NCBI GenBank assembly: GCA_016860985.1
Contig: BOKM01000001.1
Location: 156,185 to 220,184 of the forward strand
Reading direction: 5' to 3'
DNA from: Patescibacteria group bacterium
GTDB lineage: Bacteria; Patescibacteriota; Dojkabacteria; GCA-002793355
DNA: 64,000 bases
This document shows positions 57,901 through 64,000 of the stretch, one piece after another. Under the pieces are notes generated by a model. That model had not been told where the DNA came from, ran no database searches, and worked only from the letters and a program-made list of their open reading frames with translations. Position 1 is the stretch's first letter. The number at the start of each line of letters is the position of its first letter. The position numbers and the translations under genes are program-made.

Positions 57901-58667
57901 AACTGCGCGCCTTCTTCTCGAATATTAGAAAAGTTTGTGCCTGAGCCAGAACCGTATTTGAACACTCTGGCTTCTCGGGTTAACAAATCAAAAATCCCTT
58001 GTGGATTAACTAGATCGTCTTGAATCTCTTGAATAAAACAGGCATGTGGCTGAGGATGCGAGTAGGCATCGGTAGATTTTGTTAGTTCGCCTGAAGTCGG
58101 ATCAACATAATAATGCCCCTGTGCCGGCCCATTGATGCCATAAGCCCAATGCAAACCAGTGTTAAACCATTGTGGTGAATTTGGTGCAGTAATTTGGTTA
58201 ATAATTGTATACTTCAGTTCATCGTAAAAGGCTGCTGCATCTTCTGATGAATCAAAATATCCATAACGCTCTGCCCACCATGTCCATGTGCCTGCAAGGC
58301 GATGTGCCACTTGTTTAATTGACCACTCGCCTGTTGTTTCTTCAGGTTCTTTGAGAGATGTCTCCAAATTGTCGAAGCTGTCATCTTTAGTGAAATCCGT
58401 TTTTTCTGCAATTTCTTTTGGAACTCCACGCTTTCGGAGATATTTTTGGGCAAGAATATCTGTAGCTACCTGCGACCAAGTAGCAGGTACTTCTACATCA
58501 TCTTTCTGAAAAATAGTTTTTCCCGAAACATCGACAATTTTCGATGTCCGTTTTTCGTATACTATCTGTTCAAGAAGATTATTCGATGGTTGAGTATACA
58601 CGCGAGAGATTTTCAAACCTTTTTCTCCGATATCTGTGGAAATGACCGAGTCTACCGAATGTGCCAT
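54975..58667 (-). CDS. nrdJ: Ribonucleoside-triphosphate/diphosphate reductase, class II (adenosylcobalamin-dependent), long form
   Basis: Active-site block [23 protein letters not shown], C-terminal Zn-ribbon [26 protein letters not shown], and no R2-subunit gene nearby. 1230 aa. Confidence 0.8.
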   Translation of the reverse strand: [1230 protein letters not shown]

Positions 58668-58904
58668 GGTGAATAAACAAAGTTAAGTGAAAGAAGATAA
58701 CTTCCTTAAAATATACGATATAGGGTAAAAAGTTCCACGTCAACGGCAATCGGTCATGCACCATGCTCGTGCTATCTTTTTTGTATTACCGTACCAATGC
58801 TACCCAAACATGGGGTTTTATACATGGTGTTTCATACGGCACAGCTTGCGGGCAATAACACTATAGGGTGTAATTCGATATTGCTCATTATCAAATGAAA
58901 GGAG

Positions 58905-59102
58905 GTGAATCTCATGGACTGGTGCATACCAGGGTTTGAAACTCCGTTGGGCGGCCTCGATCCAGTGACAGCGTGGATTGTAGTGATTGTTGGTTTCTTC
59001 GCAATCCTCTTTTTCCTCGACTGGTTTTTTAAGTTCAACTGGCTAAAGGCTCTCATCAATGGAATCATCAACCTGCTTCCGAAGAGAGGACCAAGAAGGT
59101 GA
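58905..59102 (+). CDS. small hydrophobic protein (65 aa)
   Basis: Strong RBS AAAGGAGGTGA 7 nt upstream of the ATG; one predicted TM helix. Confidence 0.45.
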   Translation: MNLMDWCIPGFETPLGGLDPVTAWIVVIVGFFAILFFLDWFFKFNWLKALINGIINLLPKRGPRR

Positions 59103-59236
59103 ATTGAGCAAATTTAAGGACGACGCGACTGGGTAGTTTGACTACGAATACTTTCATGCTTCGCAAAACCCCGCCCTACATCGTCCTTAAATACCTTTTC
59201 GCGCACAAAGTATTATCCTTGTGCTACACTATCCAC

Positions 59237-60082
59237 ATGAAATTACAAAACAAAACTATCCTTATTACAGGTGCTTCTTCAGGTATTGGCAGAGCAATGG
59301 CGTTACGTGCGGCAAAAGATGGTGCGACCGTTGTTCTTGCAGCTCGAACCGCAGATAAACTAGAGACTGTAGCTCAAGAAGTAACCGCACTCGGAGGAAC
59401 ACCAATTGTAGTTCCAACCGATGTAACCAAAATTGAAGATATTAGAAACCTCTTCTTGAAAGCAACCGAAGGTGGAAGAAAACTCGACGTTGTGTTTAAC
59501 AACGCAGGGCTCGGATTTATTGGTAAAGTCTGGGAACTTCCCGCAGAGCAGATTCAAACAATTATTAACGTGAATACCACGGGAATGATTTTAGTTGCAA
59601 AATATGCAGCCGAAGTGATGCAACGACAAAAGTACGGTCATCTCGTAATGACCTCCTCGCTTGCAGGTTTAATTACACTGCCGGAATGGTCTGTATATGT
59701 TGCAAGTAAATGGGCAATAACAGGGTTTGCAGACTCAATAAGATATGAGTTATCCCCCGAAGGAGTATTAGTTACCACATTGCACCCAGGAATGGTAAGT
59801 ACTGATTTCTTTGCAAAAGAAAAAGCAAATCAAGACATGTCGAAACTGGATCCAAATGCCTTAACTGCAGACCAAGTCGCAGAAGAAGTTTACAATGCGC
59901 TCTTCACAAAACAGCGAAAGATAATTATCCCAGCAATGTCAAAGAATATTGCCTTCTTACAAAAATATCTTCCATCCTTAAAAGATTCACTTTTTACCAC
60001 TTCACTTGGAAAGGTTGATTACAACAAGACGACACCACAAGAAGACGAACCGGCATTCAGTTACGTCGAAGAGGTAAAATAA
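59237..60082 (+). CDS. SDR-family oxidoreductase
   Basis: TGASSGIGRA, NNAG, SS..Y..K catalytic residues. Start set at the internal Met MKLQNKTILITG. Confidence 0.8.
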   Translation: MKLQNKTILITGASSGIGRAMALRAAKDGATVVLAARTADKLETVAQEVTALGGTPIVVPTDVTKIEDIRNLFLKATEGGRKLDVVFNNAGLGFIGKVWELPAEQIQTIINVNTTGMILVAKYAAEVMQRQKYGHLVMTSSLAGLITLPEWSVYVASKWAITGFADSIRYELSPEGVLVTTLHPGMVSTDFFAKEKANQDMSKLDPNALTADQVAEEVYNALFTKQRKIIIPAMSKNIAFLQKYLPSLKDSLFTTSLGKVDYNKTTPQEDEPAFSYVEEVK

Positions 60083-60096
60083 ACGATATTACTCGC

Positions 60097-60810
60097 ATGA
60101 AGACTGCAATTATAACTGGCGCGACTAGTGACATCGGTAAAGCGATTATCGAACAACTGATAAAAAAAGATTATTCGATAATCGCAATAGGGAGAAACGA
60201 TCAGGCCCTAGCCGATCTCGAAGCTTTGAGTCCACACGTTAAGGCACTCAAATGTGATTTGTCACATAACGAATCGATATTTAGCACCATTGCATACCTC
60301 AGAAATAATTGTGAAAGAGTCTCTACACTCATTCATTGTGCGGGAGTATGGCACAACAATCACAAGCCATTAGCAAATATGAAACTTCAAGATTTTACCG
60401 AAAATGAAGTTTTAGATACGATTTCCGTAGGACTAACGTCATTCATGTTGTTAGTTCGTGCACTTATTCCAAAAATGATACAAGATGAAAGTTCGATAAT
60501 CGCCATTAGTGGTACTTTTGAAAACGGTGGAAAAGGGTGGCTCCCATACTTTGTCTCGAAACGCGGCCTCGAAGACTTTATGGTCGGTCTTGCTGACGAA
60601 CTTAAAGAAGCGAATATCACCGCCAATACAATTTCCCCCTCAGATACAGCAACCAGCGCTTACAAGCGATTCTTTCCCGAATATATCGAAGATTCTGTTC
60701 ATCCAGCTTCTATTGCAGAGCTTGCAATGGAACTAATGACATCAAAAAAAACAGGTGCTACACTTATTGTCAAAAAAGATAGCCCCCTCACTGAACAATT
60801 TCACGGTTAG
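60097..60810 (+). CDS. SDR-family oxidoreductase (second, divergent paralog)
   Basis: ITGATSDIGKA cofactor motif and an SDR-length fold. Confidence 0.75.
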   Translation: MKTAIITGATSDIGKAIIEQLIKKDYSIIAIGRNDQALADLEALSPHVKALKCDLSHNESIFSTIAYLRNNCERVSTLIHCAGVWHNNHKPLANMKLQDFTENEVLDTISVGLTSFMLLVRALIPKMIQDESSIIAISGTFENGGKGWLPYFVSKRGLEDFMVGLADELKEANITANTISPSDTATSAYKRFFPEYIEDSVHPASIAELAMELMTSKKTGATLIVKKDSPLTEQFHG

Positions 60811-60815
60811 AATTC

Positions 60816-61283
60816 ATGGATCATCTCGCAATAATGAAACCATCATTGCGATTGATTGCAAAAATTCTTACAGGTGAAAAATACATCGAATCGCGTTGGT
60901 ACAAGCATCGAAGAGCACCTTGGGGAAAGGTTTGTGTTGGAGATAGAATATTTTTCAAAGATGCCGGTAAGGTAGTAACTGCAACTGCACGCGTTAGCAA
61001 GGTAATTCAATTGCAAGTTAACTCTCCAGAAGAGGCGCTAAAGTACGCGAAAACATACCAAAAAGGTATTTGCCTTTCACCAGAAGCAACTTCTTCTAAC
61101 ACACAGTGGTTAATCGGTAAGAAATATATAATCCTACTCTACCTAAATGACGCAAGGCCAATTACTCCGTTTCCTATCAATAAATCAGGTTATGGAAATG
61201 CTTGTGCATGGATTACATGTGAGTCAGTCACACAACTCACAGAGAATGCTACTCCGCGACCGCTATCAAAACGTCACGGGTAA
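60816..61283 (+). CDS. ASCH/PUA-like domain protein
   Basis: ..GEKYIESR.. is an ASCH-type GxKxxExR motif. 155 aa. Confidence 0.5.
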   Translation: MDHLAIMKPSLRLIAKILTGEKYIESRWYKHRRAPWGKVCVGDRIFFKDAGKVVTATARVSKVIQLQVNSPEEALKYAKTYQKGICLSPEATSSNTQWLIGKKYIILLYLNDARPITPFPINKSGYGNACAWITCESVTQLTENATPRPLSKRHG

Positions 61284-62313
61284 TTTCATTGAACGCTCTA
61301 TTTAGCCCCGGATGTGCAGCCACAAATAGCTTGCCAAATCTTTTTACAATTTTTTGTGAGACTTCACTATCATGCTTCATACCAGAGTGGGGCATTACTT
61401 GTGCATTAAGCTCCTTCCACTTTTGAACAAAAGCCTGCAAACCTGTTTTTTGAAAGGCAACTGCTAAATAAACGTTTGGCTGCGAGAACAAGTCAGCTAA
61501 GAAATCCTCACGATCATCACGAAGATTATAAACTGCAATCATCTTAGTGAACTGCTTTCTTTTATTCTCATCTGAAAATAGGAGAGACGCAAGCAATCTC
61601 CCGTAATCAACAACAGTGCCATTCAAATAACTGGTTGCTTCTTCAATCGAGTAAGGAACGCCATTTCTTGCAAAGTTTTTAACAAGATCAAGACCATGCA
61701 ATTGCGATTGAATTACCGTACCAAGTAGCTGCTTTCGTTGAGGCGAACCCTCAAAACCAAAAGTTCCTTCTAACGATGGAATGACTGACTCGAGAATCTC
61801 TCCAACAGAGATGGAGCGCGACGTTTTACCCTGCATGATAGGAATGTCTGTTACTTTCGAAGTAAAGGCCGTTTGTAGGATTTCTTCTTTACCAATTTTC
61901 TTACCACTAACATGCGCTGCTGCAACTGCTTCTTCTACTCTTGAGTCTGCAATGCTAAAACTCCAGGAATACAGCGCCATCAGCCCACATCTTAGAATAA
62001 ATTCATCATTGCTTCCAAAAAAATGCACGCTCTTTGGTAAACCTGATCGAGATTGCTCGCATTGAATTGCAAGTGGTAATTCATTTACTAAACCCGGGTA
62101 ATTCTTTAAGACACCTTTTGCAATATTTACTGCAGCTCTTTGCGGTTCGGATAACGCACTAGTTAGATACCTGTGATCAACTACCCGTGCAAACTCAGTA
62201 GACAAGTGATTCAACTCCGGAATAGAAGTAGGGAAAAATTGCTCATGATTTAAGGATCGGGGGTCAACGGATATTTGTGAAGCTAATCTACTCGAAGGTG
62301 ACAATAATGCCAT
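61249..62313 (-). CDS. hypothetical all-helical protein (weak isoprenoid-synthase-like Asp-rich motif)
   Basis: Contains NLRDDREDF. Otherwise unassigned. Confidence 0.4.
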   Translation of the reverse strand: MALLSPSSRLASQISVDPRSLNHEQFFPTSIPELNHLSTEFARVVDHRYLTSALSEPQRAAVNIAKGVLKNYPGLVNELPLAIQCEQSRSGLPKSVHFFGSNDEFILRCGLMALYSWSFSIADSRVEEAVAAAHVSGKKIGKEEILQTAFTSKVTDIPIMQGKTSRSISVGEILESVIPSLEGTFGFEGSPQRKQLLGTVIQSQLHGLDLVKNFARNGVPYSIEEATSYLNGTVVDYGRLLASLLFSDENKRKQFTKMIAVYNLRDDREDFLADLFSQPNVYLAVAFQKTGLQAFVQKWKELNAQVMPHSGMKHDSEVSQKIVKRFGKLFVAAHPGLNRAFNEITRDVLIAVAE

Positions 62314-62344
62314 TACGAATTATACCAACAATCCGCGGCACAAG

Positions 62345-62809
62345 CTATTTTCTTTTCGGAATGGTTAGCCCCAAAGGGAGAAAAACGGTAACCAATACAC
62401 CGGCAATTGCCCACAAGCTCAGATAGATGATCATAAAGATTGGCAACACGGTATCTGGTCTTCCATCCAACCCGATTTTCGGGAGGTTTAATGCCATAAG
62501 TACTGCAAGAATTACTGCAAATACTGCAGTAATTGTAGTCGTTTCCCTTCTAAATTCCTGACTCATCTCCTTACCGGTCATCTCTTTAAATCTTGCTGCA
62601 ACAACGACTGAAACAACAGTTGGCACAAGAAACAGCACCAAAAGAGATTTTGTAATTAACCAAAGAAGCGGCGCGACAATAACGGTTGCAATAACAACAA
62701 CTGCAGCCATCATCATTGCTGTTGAGTCATTTGATTTTGAATCAGTAGAACGAGATGATTTTGCTGTTTTTTTCTTACTTACAGCAACTTTTTTGGTTGA
62801 TTTTGGCAT
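62345..62809 (-). CDS. hypothetical membrane protein with Lys/Ser-rich N-terminus
   Basis: Basic N-terminal tail followed by three predicted TM helices. Confidence 0.4.
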   Translation of the reverse strand: MPKSTKKVAVSKKKTAKSSRSTDSKSNDSTAMMMAAVVVIATVIVAPLLWLITKSLLVLFLVPTVVSVVVAARFKEMTGKEMSQEFRRETTTITAVFAVILAVLMALNLPKIGLDGRPDTVLPIFMIIYLSLWAIAGVLVTVFLPLGLTIPKRK

Positions 62810-62837
62810 ACTAGGGCAGTAAATTAATAACTTAAAC

Positions 62838-63593
62838 CTATTTAGGTTTGTTCTCTGTCAATATATCACGTTGAACCCAAGGCGTCCAATAAACTTTACG
62901 CTCAAAGGAGAGTTCACCGCTTCGCTTGCTTACTTGACCAGCATCGAATTCGTAACGAATTACTTCACCTGTTGGAATATCAAGATTAACAATTTGCTCG
63001 TCAGTAATATTTTCAATGTACTTCACAATTGCCCTGAGACTGTTGCCATGCGCAGAAACAATGACATTTTTACCAGAGGCAATAAACGGCATCACTGTAT
63101 TCTTAAAATATGGAACTGCTCGTTTAAAAACATCTTCTAAACTCTCGCCTTCTGGGGGTTTTGCTTTGTAACCACGCCTCCAATGCATAACTTGCTCCTC
63201 TCCATATTTTGCTTTTACTTCTGCTTTATCGAGACCTTGCAACAACCCATAGTGGCGTTCGTTTAATTTGTGAGATTCGTAAATAGGAATATCTTCTTGT
63301 GTAATAAAGTTTGAAGAAAGCGTCAAAGGATCTTTATCTGAAGTATGAACAACAATTCCCGTTTTATTTTGTCGGGAAAGAATTGTAAATAAGGTTTGTT
63401 GTGCTCGAATCAGCTCGGAGGTAAAGGCCACATCGAACTGTGTATTCTTGAGTTTGTCACCACATTCTTGTGCTTCTTTAATACCCAACACACTAAGGGT
63501 GACATCAACCCACCCCGTGAATCGGTTTGCTGCATTCCAGCGAGATTGCCCATGTCTGACCATTACTAACGAGTTCATGCTGCAGTATAACAA
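62838..63593 (-). CDS. gpmA: 2,3-bisphosphoglycerate-dependent phosphoglycerate mutase
   Basis: LVMVRHGQSRWNAANRFTGWVDV..LS..G is the histidine-phosphatase dPGM signature. 251 aa. Confidence 0.85.
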   Translation of the reverse strand: MLYCSMNSLVMVRHGQSRWNAANRFTGWVDVTLSVLGIKEAQECGDKLKNTQFDVAFTSELIRAQQTLFTILSRQNKTGIVVHTSDKDPLTLSSNFITQEDIPIYESHKLNERHYGLLQGLDKAEVKAKYGEEQVMHWRRGYKAKPPEGESLEDVFKRAVPYFKNTVMPFIASGKNVIVSAHGNSLRAIVKYIENITDEQIVNLDIPTGEVIRYEFDAGQVSKRSGELSFERKVYWTPWVQRDILTENKPK

Positions 63594-63727
63594 CCCCAGG
63601 GAGAAATGCCAACCCGCTTTTGATTTAGAATTCCAGTCGCATTGTCATGCTTTCACCCATAGCATTTAGCGAAATCATATGATATTATAAAAAAGGTATA
63701 CATTTAACTTAAATCATTCGACACGTT

Positions 63728-64000
63728 ATGCAATTTAATACAGCGCTCACTCTCGAAAAGCTCCTCCGCTCTAAAACAAGAACACGAATTTTGTGGCATT
63801 TTCTTGAGAATATCCAAGTGCGCTCCGGGCTTAGAGAGCTCAGCAGAATTGTGAAATTGCAGGTACACGCTGTCGGCCGTGAGATATCCTTACTCAAGAA
63901 AGCAAATCTACTGATAGAAGAGAAAACACCCTCTAAGAATTTTTACTCACTAAATACCGACCACCCCTTCTTTGGTGAAATTGTTTCACTTTTCCATAAA
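63728..64000 (+). CDS. possible winged-helix DNA-binding protein, 5' part (runs off window end)
   Basis: Own reading: the ATG at 63728 opens a stop-free frame to the window end (MQFNTALTLEKLLRSKTRTRILWHFLEN..VRSGLRELSRIVKLQVHAVGREISLL..). Confidence 0.3.
   Translation, partial: MQFNTALTLEKLLRSKTRTRILWHFLENIQVRSGLRELSRIVKLQVHAVGREISLLKKANLLIEEKTPSKNFYSLNTDHPFFGEIVSLFHK

Noticed and set aside
54975-58667. Possible intein in the unusually long (1230 aa) nrdJ
   Set aside because: No intein blocks are visible: no Cys/Ser following a conserved extein junction, no TxxH block B, and no terminal HN[C/S/T]. The extra length looks like contiguous RNR sequence of the long monomeric class II type.
58668-58904. 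Cobalamin riboswitch upstream of nrdJ
   Set aside because: No B12-box-like (AGYCMGgAgaCCkGCc) sequence was found in either orientation.
1-64000. CRISPR arrays / cas genes
   Set aside because: No regularly spaced direct repeats were seen, and no ORF shows Cas-like motifs.

Overview
AT-rich (by eye roughly 36-40% GC), very compact bacterial chromosomal segment. It carries about 60 protein-coding genes, many with short overlaps, and four tRNAs (Gln-CTG, Pro-GGG, Lys-TTT, Asn-GTT). A complete RF2 with SPF and GGQ motifs implies the standard code, with UGA read as stop. The backbone is housekeeping: gatC-gatA (partial), an OmpR-type response regulator, a MurJ-like flippase, gpmI, prfB, ftsE-ftsX with an EnvC-like coiled-coil M23 protein, hpf, pth, ybeY, rpsU, an archaeal-type proS with a candidate T-box leader, rseP, frr, tsf, rpsB with a C-terminal HhH extension, radC-topA-dprA, gltX followed by tRNA-Gln, recJ-recA, trxA, aspA, class II nrdJ and gpmA. 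An accessory-looking stretch (about 37.2-50 kb) holds tRNA-Pro, tRNA-Lys followed by two extra copies of its 3' end, a csoR-HMA membrane protein-copA copper cluster, tRNA-Asn with a duplicated 3' end bracketing an APH-family kinase gene, small enzymes (SDR, GNAT, PRTase, VOC, DinB-like), and a 28-nt direct-repeat pair around an HExxH protein gene. Other notable loci are a 1089-aa signal-peptide protein with an extremely Cys-rich N-terminal module, co-transcribed with a 501-aa membrane-anchored protein and next to trxA and a two-Cys CsoR-family regulator; a GT2 processive glycosyltransferase (exopolysaccharide-type) locus; an NRAMP transporter; and a GC-rich foreign-looking ORF at 23.3 kb. The gene content (GatCAB, archaeal-type ProRS, trimmed rpsB-tsf-frr-rseP cluster) is compatible with a small-genome lineage such as the CPR/Patescibacteria, but that is inference only.
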